Of a stretch of DNA of 64,000 nt, positions 48,864-60,460 are shown in pieces. This DNA comes from an uncultured archaeon (GTDB taxonomy: Archaea; Asgardarchaeota; Lokiarchaeia; Sigyniarchaeales; SOKP01): the NCBI GenBank assembly GCA_964486045.1, contig CAZALK010000006.1, forward strand, positions 128,001 to 192,000. Direction: 5' to 3'. Position 1 is the stretch's first letter, and every line of letters begins with the position of its first letter. The notes under the pieces were generated by a model. The model saw only the letters and a list, made by a program, of their open reading frames with translations, searched no databases and was not told the origin of the DNA. Made by a program: the position numbers and the translations under genes.

Positions 48864-49910
48864 ATGAGAGCGGCAATTTTTGAAAAGGTTAAAGAACCAT
48901 TTAAGTTAATAGAAGACTATCCTTCCCCAAGTATTTCTGGTGAATTAGGAAAAATCATAATTGACGTTGTAGCGTGCGGTGTGTGCCATACTGATATAGG
49001 ATACATAGATCATGGAGTTCCAACTGTTACTCCACCACCACTTATTTTAGGTCATGAAATTTCTGGAATTGTTAAAGAAGTTAGTGAGGATGTTACTACT
49101 TTCAAACAAGGAGATCATGTTATTATCCCAGCAGTTCTTACTTGCGGATATTGCTTTAATTGTCGAAGTGGACGGGAAAACATCTGCAATAATCAACAAA
49201 TGCTCGGTAATCATATTAATGGAGGATTTGCAGAACAAATAATGGTACCTGTGAAAGATATTGTTCATCTCCCTAATGAATTATCATTAGAAGAGAGTTG
49301 TATTATAGCTGATGCCGTATCAACACCCTATCATGCAGTTAAAAATCGAGCAAAAGTACGGCCAGGTGACTGGGTTGTAGTTTTCGGATGCGGTGGAATT
49401 GGTTTAAATGTGATTCAGAATGTAAAAATAGCAGGAGGGTTACCTATTGCTGTTGATTTAGTCTCAAGAAAACTCGAAGTCGCAAAACAACTTGGGGCTG
49501 TAAAGACGATATTAGCTAAAGATTTAGATGAACGCGAAGTTGTAGGAACCATTCGCAAAATTACTGGGGGTGGGGCAGACATTGCTATCGAAGCTATTGG
49601 AAGCCCAATCACAATGAAACAAGCATTTAACAGTTTGCGAACTGGTGGGAGATTAGTTGCTGTAGGATATTCACCTAAACGTTGGGATGGATTTGATATC
49701 GGAAGAGTAATGTTTAGAGAAATGGAGATAAAGGGTAGTCTTGGCTGTCGTCCGGTTGATTACCCAAGAATTATAGATTTAGTCCAAAATGGCTCAATTT
49801 TATTGAAACCTTTAGTTACGCACAAATTTCCTCTTTCAGAAATTAACAAGGCTTTTGATATGATGAGAAGAGGTGAAGGAATTCGGATTGTAATTTTATG
49901 CCAAAACTAG
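48864..49910 (+). CDS. had: 6-hydroxycyclohex-1-ene-1-carbonyl-CoA dehydrogenase (Zn-ADH)
   Basis: CGVCHTD.GY, GHEISG, PAVLTCG.C..C, ADAVSTPY; gene context. Confidence 0.82.
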   Translation: MRAAIFEKVKEPFKLIEDYPSPSISGELGKIIIDVVACGVCHTDIGYIDHGVPTVTPPPLILGHEISGIVKEVSEDVTTFKQGDHVIIPAVLTCGYCFNCRSGRENICNNQQMLGNHINGGFAEQIMVPVKDIVHLPNELSLEESCIIADAVSTPYHAVKNRAKVRPGDWVVVFGCGGIGLNVIQNVKIAGGLPIAVDLVSRKLEVAKQLGAVKTILAKDLDEREVVGTIRKITGGGADIAIEAIGSPITMKQAFNSLRTGGRLVAVGYSPKRWDGFDIGRVMFREMEIKGSLGCRPVDYPRIIDLVQNGSILLKPLVTHKFPLSEINKAFDMMRRGEGIRIVILCQN

Positions 49911-50285
49911 AAATACTAAAAATCTAAACAGAACAAGTTTCTAGGCAATCAATAAGGAGAAAAATATAAATACACTAATAAGTACACTTATTCTTCAACA
50001 TCAAAATTAGAAAATAATTTTTAAATACAATAATTGACACATTTAATTTGCAAAAATTTTATACTAAAAATAAAAAAATTTAAAATATTCAAGTTTGTTT
50101 ACTGAGGTTGAATAACTTGGAAGTTCAAAATTTCACTTCTATTCATTCCTAGTGGGGCAGAAGTTTACCCACAAATTTCCCGTTTTGAGACTTAATGATA
50201 ATAATTTAATATGGATTTATAATTATAGTAATTTGACTTCCCTATAATTAGAAACATAAATAAAAATTATTTTTATTTTTCAATT

Positions 50286-51416
50286 TTGGAAATGTTTAAT
50301 CAGTTTAGAGTTTGGTATGAAAATCGACACGATTATGCTAAAAAGTGGAAGGAACGCACTGGTGGTAAAGTAATAGGCTACTTTTGTACATATGTGCCGG
50401 AAGAGATATTATATGCTGCTAATATTCTCCCCGTAAGAATACTAGGTAGTCATGAGCCACAAGATGTTTCAGAACAATATATTTTTGCTATGTTCTGCCC
50501 TTTTTGTCGTGATTGCTTAGCGCAAGGTTTGAAAGGGAGATTTGATTATCTTGATGGAATTATGATTGCTCAAAGTTGCTTACATATTAGGCAAGCTTTT
50601 ACAAGCTGGGATCTTCATATTCCTGTTGATTTTAAATATTATTTACCTCATCCAATGAATGTCCAAAGTCCTCATGCAATTCCTTATTTAACGGAGGAAT
50701 TAAAATTATTCAAGAAAACTGTTGAAGAATGGATTGGAAAACAAATCACAGATGATGATATTAAACGAGGAATTGAGTTAATGAATAAAAATAGACAACT
50801 TTTACAAAAAGTATATGAATTTAGAAAAAAACCTAACCCACCATTAACTGGTCTTGAAGCGATGATCATGGTAGTTTCTGCGCAGACAACAGATAAACTA
50901 GAACATAACCAAGAATTAGAAGCTGTTTTGCAAAAACTCCCATCAAGGAACATCGATAATTCAGGTGAACGACTTATGATCATAGGTTCCGAAGATGACG
51001 ACACGAAATTTATAGAAATGGTTGAAAATTTGGGAGCAAAAATTGTGATTGATGACCATTGTACAGGCACAAGATATTTCGATAAGGAAATAAAAATTGT
51101 TGGAGATTTGCTGAATTCAATTTCAGAAAGGTATATAAAACGTATACCATGCCCAAGTAAGGATTGGCCTCAAAGAACAAGACTAGATCATATTGTACAA
51201 TTCGCAAAGGATTATAATGTTCAAGGTGCTATCATAATGCAAATGAAATTTTGTGATCCCCATGAGCTAGATACTGTTGCAATCAAGGATAAACTAGAGA
51301 AAGACCTTGGTATTCCTACTATATTCCTTGAATTTGATGTTACAGTTCCGATGGGTCAATTTAAGACTCGGGTTGAGGCATTTCTTGAAATCCTTAGGGA
51401 GGAGGATCTTTTTTAA
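50286..51416 (+). CDS. bzdN: Benzoyl-CoA reductase, Bzd-type subunit N
   Basis: [46 protein letters not shown]. Confidence 0.92.
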   Translation: MEMFNQFRVWYENRHDYAKKWKERTGGKVIGYFCTYVPEEILYAANILPVRILGSHEPQDVSEQYIFAMFCPFCRDCLAQGLKGRFDYLDGIMIAQSCLHIRQAFTSWDLHIPVDFKYYLPHPMNVQSPHAIPYLTEELKLFKKTVEEWIGKQITDDDIKRGIELMNKNRQLLQKVYEFRKKPNPPLTGLEAMIMVVSAQTTDKLEHNQELEAVLQKLPSRNIDNSGERLMIIGSEDDDTKFIEMVENLGAKIVIDDHCTGTRYFDKEIKIVGDLLNSISERYIKRIPCPSKDWPQRTRLDHIVQFAKDYNVQGAIIMQMKFCDPHELDTVAIKDKLEKDLGIPTIFLEFDVTVPMGQFKTRVEAFLEILREEDLF

Positions 51417-51427
51417 GAGATAATAAA

Positions 51428-52744
51428 ATGACAGAAAGTAAATATCCAACGGAAAATTTGAAATGTTGGGGTAATGCTAAAGCCCTTCGAAAGAAATATT
51501 ACAAAGATTTTGCAGAGGCTCACGATAAAGGTGGATTACGCTGGGCTGGTGGTGCTTGGGCTTTTGATGCGATACCCGCTGGTTTGGGGGAGGATGTATA
51601 TTCTCTAACGGGAGAACCTTATGGAGCAACTATAGCGTTTAATAATAAATTTGCTTTAGAATGCCAAGAAGCAACTGAAGCGAGAGGATTTGCACGAGAT
51701 CTTTGTTCTTACATGAGGAATTATTGGGGATCTATACTTATTAATAAATATGCTTGGCCTCAATTTAGTGAAGAATTCCCAAAACCAGATTTTATGTGGC
51801 AAGATCAGATCTGTTGTTCCCATTCTAAATGGTATCAAGTAGCAAACGATCTTGAAGGAGGTGGAATTCCACTCTTTAGCATCGATGTTTCAGTCGGTCC
51901 CTATAGTGACCTTACAGAGCACAGGATCAACTATATAGTTAACCAGATGCACGATGGAATTAAATGGCTCGAAAAAGTAACTGGACGAGATTATGATGAT
52001 GAGCTTTTGATAAAAGCAGTACATAATGAATTCCGTTCCTGTCACTATTGGTCAGCAATATGTGAACTCAATAAAGCAATCCCAGCACCATTGGATGAAA
52101 AATCAATGTACTCACTATATGTTCTCGGTACATTAAGAAAATCGGCACAGTGGACGGCAGATTTTTATGAAAAGGAATTATATCCTGAAGTAAAAGATAG
52201 AGTAGCTCGGGGAATAGCGGCAGTTCCAAATGAACGATGCCGTATCATGACAGATACTCAACCGCCATGGGCTTTTTTGCGAATTTTCCGCTATTTAGAA
52301 CAATATGGATGTGTATCTATAGGTAGTCTTTATTCGTTCGGTCTAATTGGATTATGGGACGTAAAAGAAGATGGCACATGGGGACCTAAACCTATTCCAG
52401 AAATAGAAATCACTAATCGGGATGAAGCACTGCGTGCCTTGGCCGATTGGAATTTGAGTAAACCAGAATGGCAACATTTTTATCATCCTAAACTCAAATC
52501 TGAGATGATGATTCGAATTGCACGTGAATGGAAGGTAGATGGTGTATTTCTTCATTATAATAGAGGGTGCGAGGGTTTAAGTCTTGGAATCGCAGAAAAT
52601 CGATTAGCAATTCAAAAAGCAGGTATACCAACCATGCCTTTTGAAGGAAATATGGGTGATGAGAGAGAATTCGATCTTGCTAGAACTATGCAACGTGTTG
52701 ATGCTTTTATGGAATCAATAGGAATGGAAAAAGATGTTTTATAA
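51428..52744 (+). CDS. bzdO: Benzoyl-CoA reductase, Bzd-type subunit O
   Basis: [46 protein letters not shown]. Confidence 0.92.
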   Translation: MTESKYPTENLKCWGNAKALRKKYYKDFAEAHDKGGLRWAGGAWAFDAIPAGLGEDVYSLTGEPYGATIAFNNKFALECQEATEARGFARDLCSYMRNYWGSILINKYAWPQFSEEFPKPDFMWQDQICCSHSKWYQVANDLEGGGIPLFSIDVSVGPYSDLTEHRINYIVNQMHDGIKWLEKVTGRDYDDELLIKAVHNEFRSCHYWSAICELNKAIPAPLDEKSMYSLYVLGTLRKSAQWTADFYEKELYPEVKDRVARGIAAVPNERCRIMTDTQPPWAFLRIFRYLEQYGCVSIGSLYSFGLIGLWDVKEDGTWGPKPIPEIEITNRDEALRALADWNLSKPEWQHFYHPKLKSEMMIRIAREWKVDGVFLHYNRGCEGLSLGIAENRLAIQKAGIPTMPFEGNMGDEREFDLARTMQRVDAFMESIGMEKDVL

Positions 52745-52821
52745 TATTCAAAGTTAGATGTAGAATAATAAACTATCCTCTTAATAAAATTTTTAAAAAA
52801 GAATGGAGAAAATGTTTTAAT

Positions 52822-53607
52822 ATGAGAACTGCAGGAATTGATGCTGGAAGTAAATTTACTAAAGTAATCATTTTGAATGACAATTCTATTTTGTCTATGG
52901 CTTCCATTTTAAGTGGCTTTGATCAGGAAAAATCAGCAAAGGAAGCATTAAATAACGCTCTTGAAAAAATTAAAGTTTCTTCTGAAGAAATTAAACATAT
53001 CACAGCTACTGGAGCTGGAATGGAAGCAATTTCTTTTGCTGACGATACTATTACAACAATCACTGCTAATGGTCGTGGAGCGAACTTTTTATTTCCTACT
53101 GCACGAACTGTGATTGATATTGGAGCAGAGGAAGGGCGAGTATTACGAATCGACGACCAAGGAAAGGTTAAAGATTTTGGTATTAATGAGAAATGTGCGG
53201 CGGGAGCGGGTGCATTCATAGAGGCGATGTCAAGAGCTTTAGAGGTAGATATTGACATGATGGGGGTGCTTTCTTTAAGATCAACAAAGAAAATCCCAAT
53301 AAATGCTCAATGTACGATTTTTGCTGAATCCGAGGTTGTATCATTAATCCACCAAAAAACAGCAAAAGAGGATATAATTCGCGCTGTGCACGATGCAATA
53401 GCAGATAGGAATACAAGTATGGTGCGACAATTAGGTATCGAAAAAGAAATTGCATTGATAGGTGGCGTTGCAAGAAACACTGGCTTTGTAAATTCCATGA
53501 ACAGAAATTTAGGATTTGATCTTTTGGTACCGAAAGAACTTGTTTCACCAGAATATGTTACTGCTTTAGGAGCTGCGCTTGTAGCTCGTGATAAAATTGG
53601 AGGTTAA
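52822..53607 (+). CDS. bzdP: Benzoyl-CoA reductase, Bzd-type subunit P (ATPase)
   Basis: GIDAG, DIGAEEGR, NEKCAAGAG, NAQCTIFAESE. Confidence 0.9.
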   Translation: MRTAGIDAGSKFTKVIILNDNSILSMASILSGFDQEKSAKEALNNALEKIKVSSEEIKHITATGAGMEAISFADDTITTITANGRGANFLFPTARTVIDIGAEEGRVLRIDDQGKVKDFGINEKCAAGAGAFIEAMSRALEVDIDMMGVLSLRSTKKIPINAQCTIFAESEVVSLIHQKTAKEDIIRAVHDAIADRNTSMVRQLGIEKEIALIGGVARNTGFVNSMNRNLGFDLLVPKELVSPEYVTALGAALVARDKIGG

Positions 53608-53611
53608 AAAA

Positions 53612-54499
53612 ATGCCAGATTCAGAGTCGGAAAAGGAATATTGGAGATGGACAGAATCACGTTATACAAATCCTGATACAAAATGGGAAGCTGGAGATAT
53701 CATTTCGGCTGGAGTAGATGTAGGATCAGTGAGTACTCAAGCCGTAGTTATGGTAGACAGTAAAATCTATTGTTATGCAAGTATGCGAACTGGGAGTGAT
53801 AGCCCAGACAGCGCTAATAATGCAATAGATTGGGCATTAGAAGGAACAGGTCTTACACTAGATAAAATTGAATTTGCTGTAGGAACAGGATATGGAAGAG
53901 TTAATGTTCCATTTGCAGATCGAGCCATTACTGAAATTGCATGCCATGGGAGAGGAGCCAACTTTATCTATGGTCCTGAGATTAGAACAGTATTGGATAT
54001 GGGTGGGCAGGATTGTAAAGCAATTCGAGTTGATAATCGTGGAAAGGTTACAGCATTCCTCATGAATGATAAATGTGCTGCAGGTACTGGAAGAGGGATG
54101 GAAGTATTTGCCGATTTACTCCAAGTTCATATAAATGATGTTGGAGAAATGTCATTAAAAGTTGAAGAAGAGCCAGAACCAGTTAGTAGCACATGCGTAG
54201 TGTTCGCTAAGTCTGAGGCTGTTGGATTACTTAGAAAAGGATGGGGAAAAGAAAAAGTTTTAGCAGCTTATTGCTCAGCTATGGCTCATCGCGTGGTAAC
54301 TCTCTTATTGAGACTTGGAATAGAAGAGAAATTTGCGATAACAGGTGGAATTGCTAAAAATATTGGAGTTGTTAAAAGAATTGAAGATGAGCTGAATATT
54401 AATGCCCCAAAACCAAAAATTGACCCACAACTTGCCGGAGCGATTGGAGCGGCATTATTTGGTAAAGCTCTCGTTGAAAAACAACGTAAAAAAACCTGA
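53612..54499 (+). CDS. bzdQ: Benzoyl-CoA reductase, Bzd-type subunit Q (ATPase)
   Basis: EYWRW.E, GVDVGSVS, TGYGRV, DMGGQD, MNDKCAAGTG; ATG 53612 after SD GGAGG. Confidence 0.92.
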   Translation: MPDSESEKEYWRWTESRYTNPDTKWEAGDIISAGVDVGSVSTQAVVMVDSKIYCYASMRTGSDSPDSANNAIDWALEGTGLTLDKIEFAVGTGYGRVNVPFADRAITEIACHGRGANFIYGPEIRTVLDMGGQDCKAIRVDNRGKVTAFLMNDKCAAGTGRGMEVFADLLQVHINDVGEMSLKVEEEPEPVSSTCVVFAKSEAVGLLRKGWGKEKVLAAYCSAMAHRVVTLLLRLGIEEKFAITGGIAKNIGVVKRIEDELNINAPKPKIDPQLAGAIGAALFGKALVEKQRKKT

Positions 54500-54532
54500 A
54501 TTTAAATTATAAATTAAAAATGGAGAAATTGA

Positions 54533-54823
54533 GTGACAAAAGCAAATTATGGTTATAAGGATGGTTCAGGAGAGTATTTTATAACTATAGACACAGATTT
54601 ATGTAATTCTTGTGGAAAATGTGTTGAAGTTTGTCCAGAAGGTGTTCTTGAAATGGCTGAAGATGATTTAGATCCTTTGGGTGATGAAGTTATCGCAATC
54701 GTTAATGAAAAACACCGAAAGAAAATTAAATATTCATGTGCTCCTTGTAAATCCGCTGGTGAAACAAAATCTTTAATTTGTGTCCAAGTTTGTGAGTCTG
54801 GAGCTATTAAACACTCATGGTAA
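54533..54823 (+). CDS. bzdM: Ferredoxin of the Bzd cluster
   Basis: ANYGYKDGSGEYFITID, CxxCxxCxxxCP, KIKYSCAPCK, HSW. Confidence 0.8.
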   Translation: MTKANYGYKDGSGEYFITIDTDLCNSCGKCVEVCPEGVLEMAEDDLDPLGDEVIAIVNEKHRKKIKYSCAPCKSAGETKSLICVQVCESGAIKHSW

Positions 54824-54931
54824 TCTATATTTTCCCCCAAATTTTAATTAAATCACTGGTTGTATTTAATTAAGTTTTTGGTGAAAAGAAATTAATTTAA
54901 AGACAAATTTTTATTTTCGAGATTGTTAACC

Positions 54932-57466
54932 ATGGAAACAACTTTAATAACAATAAATGGAATCAAAATTGAAGCACAAGAAGGAGAAAAGATCTTAGAA
55001 GCTTCTCTTAATGCCGGAATCTATATTCCAAGCTTATGTGCTCACCCTGATTTACCCGAATTAGTAGGAATGAAACCAACGGAATGTATTTACCAAGGTA
55101 ATAATCAAATTAATAATGAAAACACTATAAATTCTTCCAATGGGCATGAAGGGTGTCAATTATGTGTTGTAAAGTTAAATCGTTCTGAAGGACTTATAAC
55201 ATCTTGTAGCACTACTGTAGAACAAGGGATGAGTATTCAAACAGAAACTCCAGAGATTAAGGAATATAGGAAAGAAAAATTAATGAATATTTTTTCAACT
55301 CATCCACATGCATGTTTGATTTGTGCCCAAAAGGAGGGTTGCAGCCGAGAACCCTGTTCAACTAATGTTGCTGTTGAAGAACGATGTTGTCCAGAATTGG
55401 GACGATGTGAACTACAGAAGATTGCTGAATACATTGGAATTCGCGAAGACACTTTACGTTATAAAACACGTGGACATGTAATTATCGAAGATGAACCTCT
55501 GTTCATCCGCAATTACGAGTTGTGTATTGGTTGCACCCGATGTGTAAGGGCTTGTGGAGACCTTCGAGGAGTTAAAGCGCTAGGATTTGTTTATTCTAAT
55601 GGGGATACTGTAGTTGGAAATATAGCCCCTACGCTTAGAGAATCAGGGTGTAAATTCTGCGGAGCCTGTGTGGAGGTTTGTCCTACAGGAGCACTTACAG
55701 ATAAAGATATTTTTTGGGCTGAACGAGAAAAATTACTTGTTCCTTGTAAAAATACTTGTCCATTAGGAATGGATGTACCACGATACATTAGATTAATTAC
55801 AGAGAACAAATATAGTGAAGCAGCAGCAGTCATACGGGAAAAAACACCTTTTCCCTACGTTCTTGGTAGAGTTTGTTTTCATGATTGTGAAGTTGCATGT
55901 CGCCGAAACCAAATTAATGACCCTATAGCTATTTGTGGTCTAAAGCGTTTTGCAATGGATCAGGATGATGAAGCATGGAAATCAAAATTAATAATGGGTA
56001 CGACAACGGGGAAAAAAGTAGCGATTATAGGTTCTGGTCCTTCAGGACTCACAGCAGCATATTATTTGAGAAGATTGGGTCATTCGGTTACAATATTTGA
56101 ATCTAATTCTTACGTAGGAGGTATGTTGAGCATAGGAATTCCTGAATATCGATTGCCACGATCGGTTCTTCAAAAAGATCTTTACCATATTTTAAGTATT
56201 GGAATTGAAACCCAGGGAGATACGGTTGTAGGTGATCACCTATCATTAGAAGATTTGAAATCTCAAGGATTTAATGCAACATTTCTAGCTATTGGTGCTC
56301 AGAAAACTAAAAAACTTAACATAGAGGGTTCTGAACTTCCATCTATTCTGTGGGGTCTTGAATTTCTTAGAAGAGTTAATACTGGTATAAAATTTGAATT
56401 ACCTTACAAAATCGTTGTTATAGGTGGAGGGAATGTAGCTATAGACGTTGCTTTAACAGCCCAACGACTAGGTGCTAAAGAAGTTCAACTATTTTGTTTA
56501 GAATGTAGAGAAGAGATGCCGGCTCATGAATGGGAAATTCAAAAAGCAATAGATGAAGGTATAACTCTCAATTGCTCTTGGGGGCCAAAAACAATTGTTG
56601 ATACTGGCAATGAAGTATCAAATTTAGAATTTATCCGCTGTGATTCAGTTTATGATGTTATGAATCAATTTAATCCCGTTTTTAATGAGGCTAATGTTAA
56701 ATCTATTCAAACTGATGTTGTAATTATAGCCATAGGTCAATCTCCTGATCTATCTCTGCTAGGAACTGATAGTAATTTGAATATTTCACCAAATGGGTTA
56801 ATTCAAACAAAAGAAGGAACATTTGAGACGAACTTACCTGGAATTTTTGCCGGTGGTGAAGTTATCAAAAATCCTAGTTCTGTAGTTGATTCGATTGGTA
56901 TGGGACGAAAAGTAGCTTCTTCGATTGATAAGTATTTAGGAGGAAATGGTAAAATAGGTGATATATTCGTTAATGTTGATGGTTCTAATCCTTTATTGGG
57001 ACGTGATGAAAGTTTTAATAATAAAACACGTATTCAAATGCCCGTTTTATCATTAAATGAACGTCAGAATAATTTTAAGGAAATTGAGTTAGGTTTTGAC
57101 GAGAAATTAGCAATAGAAGAGGCTAATAGATGTTTAAGATGTGATTTACGCTTTGAAATCTCGCATGTTGTGCTACCGCCTCAAAAATGGTTAGAATTGA
57201 CCACAGAAAATATCCAAAACGTTCCTGAAACAGAAGGGACTATTCAAATCTTAAATGAGAATCAAGAAATAGTCTTAATTCAAGGGACTCAGAATATGCG
57301 TCTGGTATTGGGGGGGCAGTTATCAACGAATCCGAAAGCGTGCTTTTTTAATTATGAGGAAGACCCAATGTATACAAAAAGAGAGAGTGAATTACTCCAG
57401 CAATTCATGCAAGAATTCGGAAGATTTCCCGAAGGAAATGAAGATCTTGATGATGATCTTTTTTAG
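54932..57466 (+). CDS. Multi-FeS FAD/NAD(P)H oxidoreductase (GltD-like, BzdV-like)
   Basis: N-terminal 2Fe-2S/4Fe-4S domains, GRVCFHDCE, GSGPSG, GGGNVA, EANRCLRC; follows bzdM. Confidence 0.85.
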   Translation: METTLITINGIKIEAQEGEKILEASLNAGIYIPSLCAHPDLPELVGMKPTECIYQGNNQINNENTINSSNGHEGCQLCVVKLNRSEGLITSCSTTVEQGMSIQTETPEIKEYRKEKLMNIFSTHPHACLICAQKEGCSREPCSTNVAVEERCCPELGRCELQKIAEYIGIREDTLRYKTRGHVIIEDEPLFIRNYELCIGCTRCVRACGDLRGVKALGFVYSNGDTVVGNIAPTLRESGCKFCGACVEVCPTGALTDKDIFWAEREKLLVPCKNTCPLGMDVPRYIRLITENKYSEAAAVIREKTPFPYVLGRVCFHDCEVACRRNQINDPIAICGLKRFAMDQDDEAWKSKLIMGTTTGKKVAIIGSGPSGLTAAYYLRRLGHSVTIFESNSYVGGMLSIGIPEYRLPRSVLQKDLYHILSIGIETQGDTVVGDHLSLEDLKSQGFNATFLAIGAQKTKKLNIEGSELPSILWGLEFLRRVNTGIKFELPYKIVVIGGGNVAIDVALTAQRLGAKEVQLFCLECREEMPAHEWEIQKAIDEGITLNCSWGPKTIVDTGNEVSNLEFIRCDSVYDVMNQFNPVFNEANVKSIQTDVVIIAIGQSPDLSLLGTDSNLNISPNGLIQTKEGTFETNLPGIFAGGEVIKNPSSVVDSIGMGRKVASSIDKYLGGNGKIGDIFVNVDGSNPLLGRDESFNNKTRIQMPVLSLNERQNNFKEIELGFDEKLAIEEANRCLRCDLRFEISHVVLPPQKWLELTTENIQNVPETEGTIQILNENQEIVLIQGTQNMRLVLGGQLSTNPKACFFNYEEDPMYTKRESELLQQFMQEFGRFPEGNEDLDDDLF

Positions 57467-57571
57467 CTTTCACTTTTTTATAAATTAATAATTGTGAATA
57501 TAAAAAATAGATTGGATCTAACTATTCTATTATTGTAAAATCTGTAAACTCTTTTGATATGATTCCGAGAT

Positions 57572-58615
57572 TTATGGTGTTAACCAGGATCCCAACTTCA
57601 GTTTTGATTCCTTGAAGGCTTCTCTATCATAAGTGCTGATTTCCTTTTCAGCCAAGTTGAGGTAATAATTAAAACTCTTTGGGTCGAACCCAGCAAGATT
57701 ACCAAGGATAGCATCAAGAGAAACGAGATCTCTCCCGAAAGAAATAAATCCTAGATTTTTTATAATGTTGTATTTAAGTCCCGAATATTCGTCATCAAAT
57801 TTTCCTTCAGGATGAAGGACTGACCGAGTATTCAATCCCTCACAGATACCATACACGTTGAAGAGAGCATGGTAGATTTTATTAATACCAATGATACTTC
57901 TAGGGAGTAAAACGTCTTTTGTTCCATGCCACCAAGGTCTTAAAGGATCGGGGATCATTCCAAAAATATTTTTCATCGTGAAGCTAGCATAATGTTTCAG
58001 CTTAGCTAGGCTGATGAACATTGCTCCGCGTAGATCGTAAAGTTTTTTTGGTACCATATTGTAGAGTTTATCAATCTGAACGGGTTTGAAAGATTTTTCA
58101 ACGTCTTTTTTTACTTCATTTTGATCAGCTATTCTACCACTCCATATTTCATCTGTCACATTGATGTATTTAACATTAAACTCCTTGAAAAGATCGGTAA
58201 ACCCATTTTGGTCTAGGAATATTTTAACGCCCTTCTTAAGCCGATCCCAATGCCCGTCTCTTTTAAACCAATCCCAACTTGGATTTTTAATCAACCATTT
58301 CCAACCATGGCCTGCTAATAACCATTTCCAGTTTACTTCCTTGCCTTCAGCAATGAAATTCAACCCATCCTCTAAAGGTTCATTGAATACATGAGTAGAA
58401 GACTCTGTGACCACTATTTTGGAATCAAGACTTTCTAACAACAACCTTAATGTTTTTAAGCTAGTGAAATGTCCAGGCAAAGTTGAAACCCAATTAGGCT
58501 TGATAATGATTGTTTCTGATTCAAACCAGGGATCAACCAAAATCTGGTTTAATTTATATGAGTTGCTTAATTTTGCTATTGTGGTCTTTCCGAACAAATG
58601 TTGAGTGACAGTCAT
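57572..58615 (-). CDS. DUF362-like protein
   Basis: IIIKPNWV, SLAKLK..TMKNIFG, DLVSLDA. Confidence 0.7.
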   Translation of the reverse strand: MTVTQHLFGKTTIAKLSNSYKLNQILVDPWFESETIIIKPNWVSTLPGHFTSLKTLRLLLESLDSKIVVTESSTHVFNEPLEDGLNFIAEGKEVNWKWLLAGHGWKWLIKNPSWDWFKRDGHWDRLKKGVKIFLDQNGFTDLFKEFNVKYINVTDEIWSGRIADQNEVKKDVEKSFKPVQIDKLYNMVPKKLYDLRGAMFISLAKLKHYASFTMKNIFGMIPDPLRPWWHGTKDVLLPRSIIGINKIYHALFNVYGICEGLNTRSVLHPEGKFDDEYSGLKYNIIKNLGFISFGRDLVSLDAILGNLAGFDPKSFNYYLNLAEKEISTYDREAFKESKLKLGSWLTP

Positions 58616-58626
58616 CTTTATCTACC

Positions 58627-59034
58627 TTAAGTTTCAAATATTGTGAGTCCACTCTTTTCTAGAGTTTGTATGGATTTTAAAATATCATCATTATTTACAC
58701 GCAAGATAAGCATAGGATCTTCCTTAACTATCGTAGAATAACAGTAATCAATGTTGATATTATTATCTCCTAATGTTTTTGGAATCTCATATAAAGCCTT
58801 AGGGTGACCATTCAGTTTTATAGCGATAACATCAGTAGTAGACAGGAGATAACCATTTTCTTCTAAAAGAGTAATACATTTTCTTGGTTTATCAACCAAC
58901 ACCAATAGTAATCCATATTCGGGTGTTTTAGCAACAGTTAAGGCTCTTATAAAGATTTTATTATCCATTAGACTCTTAATTAGTTTTGCTAACGCTCCAG
59001 GACGATCTTCTAAGAATACACTAAGTTGTATCAT
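58627..59034 (-). CDS. Tandem ACT-domain protein
   Basis: QLSVFLEDRPGALA..INIDYCY. Confidence 0.85.
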   Translation of the reverse strand: MIQLSVFLEDRPGALAKLIKSLMDNKIFIRALTVAKTPEYGLLLVLVDKPRKCITLLEENGYLLSTTDVIAIKLNGHPKALYEIPKTLGDNNINIDYCYSTIVKEDPMLILRVNNDDILKSIQTLEKSGLTIFET

Positions 59035-59132
59035 TATATTTCAAATCTTTCATTAATAGATGTAAATTTTAATATTACTTTTGTTTTAAACTTAATATAG
59101 AATTTCTTTTTAATTGGTCGGTCTCAAAACAG

Positions 59133-59921
59133 ATGTTAAAAGATTTTTACGACAAACATAGAAATTTCTCTTGTAGATCTTTAACAGAATACAACATATC
59201 TCCCGGGATAAGATGTAAATTTGACATTTTAAAAGCGAACCTAAACACTAAAAAACCTTTTAATAACGCGCTGGATCTTGGTTCTTCTGGAAATTCATTT
59301 CTATTCTTATTAGAAAATTTGAAGACCAGATCATTCTTAGATATCACAGAGCTTCCATTACAACAATATAAATATAGAATTACAGGGCACCCCGTATGTG
59401 CTGATCTAAAAAAATTACCTTATCGGAATGAATTCTTTGATTTTATTAGTGCTCTAGATGTTCTAGAACATATAAAAAATGACCAAATTGCTGTTTCAGA
59501 AATTAGCAGAATATTAAAGAATGCAGGGATAATCGTTATTACTGTTCCTCATAGAATGAAATACTATACGAATCAAGATCGAATAATAGGTCATTATAGA
59601 AGATATGAAGTTCATGAATTAGTAAATCTATTTAGAAAATTTAATTTAATTCATTTAAAGACTTTCGGAATATATGGACGGTTAATGCGAATTTCTGATA
59701 TCCAGTCGGTAAATCCCAATAATATTGAAGAAAATATTGCAAATTTGAGATATCGATATGAAAATAATCAAACTTTTCGCACTGTCTGGAATTTAATTGT
59801 TAAGATTTTATCTAAACTGATGAAGATTGATGCAAAATATCAACCTCTAAAGAAAATTATGAATATTGGGTTAATATTTAAAAAAAATTCTTCTCTCGGT
59901 AGCAGTAAAAATTTATGTTAA
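59133..59921 (+). CDS. Class I SAM-dependent methyltransferase
   Basis: ALDLGSSG, LPY..FD...LDVLEHI, GHYRRY. Confidence 0.85.
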   Translation: MLKDFYDKHRNFSCRSLTEYNISPGIRCKFDILKANLNTKKPFNNALDLGSSGNSFLFLLENLKTRSFLDITELPLQQYKYRITGHPVCADLKKLPYRNEFFDFISALDVLEHIKNDQIAVSEISRILKNAGIIVITVPHRMKYYTNQDRIIGHYRRYEVHELVNLFRKFNLIHLKTFGIYGRLMRISDIQSVNPNNIEENIANLRYRYENNQTFRTVWNLIVKILSKLMKIDAKYQPLKKIMNIGLIFKKNSSLGSSKNLC

Positions 59922-60329
59922 GTCTTCTTTTATCTTGTCAAATAACTTCTTATAGTCTTCGATGTATTTCTCGTCATTAGATTCATCTATTTTTTGCAAT
60001 AGTTCGATTGATTTTGTCAGTGCTTGAGATCTTTTCTTAATTCTCTCTAAAAATTGTTGTTTATTAAACTCAGTTTTTGAGATATCAATTTTATCTTTGA
60101 CTTCTAAAATTGAAGCTTCAATTTCTTTATGTGATTCGATTACGTTGTTTAATACACCCAATTGTAGTTGTTTCTTTCTTTTTTCTAATTTTATACAATT
60201 TTCACATACTATTTCTTCATTGTTTTCTTGTTTTCTTAATTTTTCTCCCTCTTTCATCATAAAGGGATTTTTACAACGATTACAGGCGACTAATTCAAGG
60301 AGAAGTTTATCAGCATTAGAATCGGGCAT
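59913..60329 (-). CDS. Hypothetical zinc-finger plus coiled-coil protein
   Basis: CNRC..CENC followed by heptad-rich helix. Confidence 0.7.
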   Translation of the reverse strand: MPDSNADKLLLELVACNRCKNPFMMKEGEKLRKQENNEEIVCENCIKLEKRKKQLQLGVLNNVIESHKEIEASILEVKDKIDISKTEFNKQQFLERIKKRSQALTKSIELLQKIDESNDEKYIEDYKKLFDKIKEDLT

Positions 60330-60460
60330 ATCAACACAAAAATAAATCCAAATTTTAAATATTTTTCTATAATATTGATCTCGTTTAACTAATTTATTAT
60401 TGTTCCATTTGGCTCCCCATTTTTAGAAAACTAATAATTGAGTTTTATATTTCACTTTTT

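Noticed and set aside
50145-50175. GTGGG/CCCAC hairpin upstream of bzdN as a SECIS or other ncRNA
   Set aside because: Only a 5-bp stem, and no in-frame TGA selenoprotein candidate nearby.
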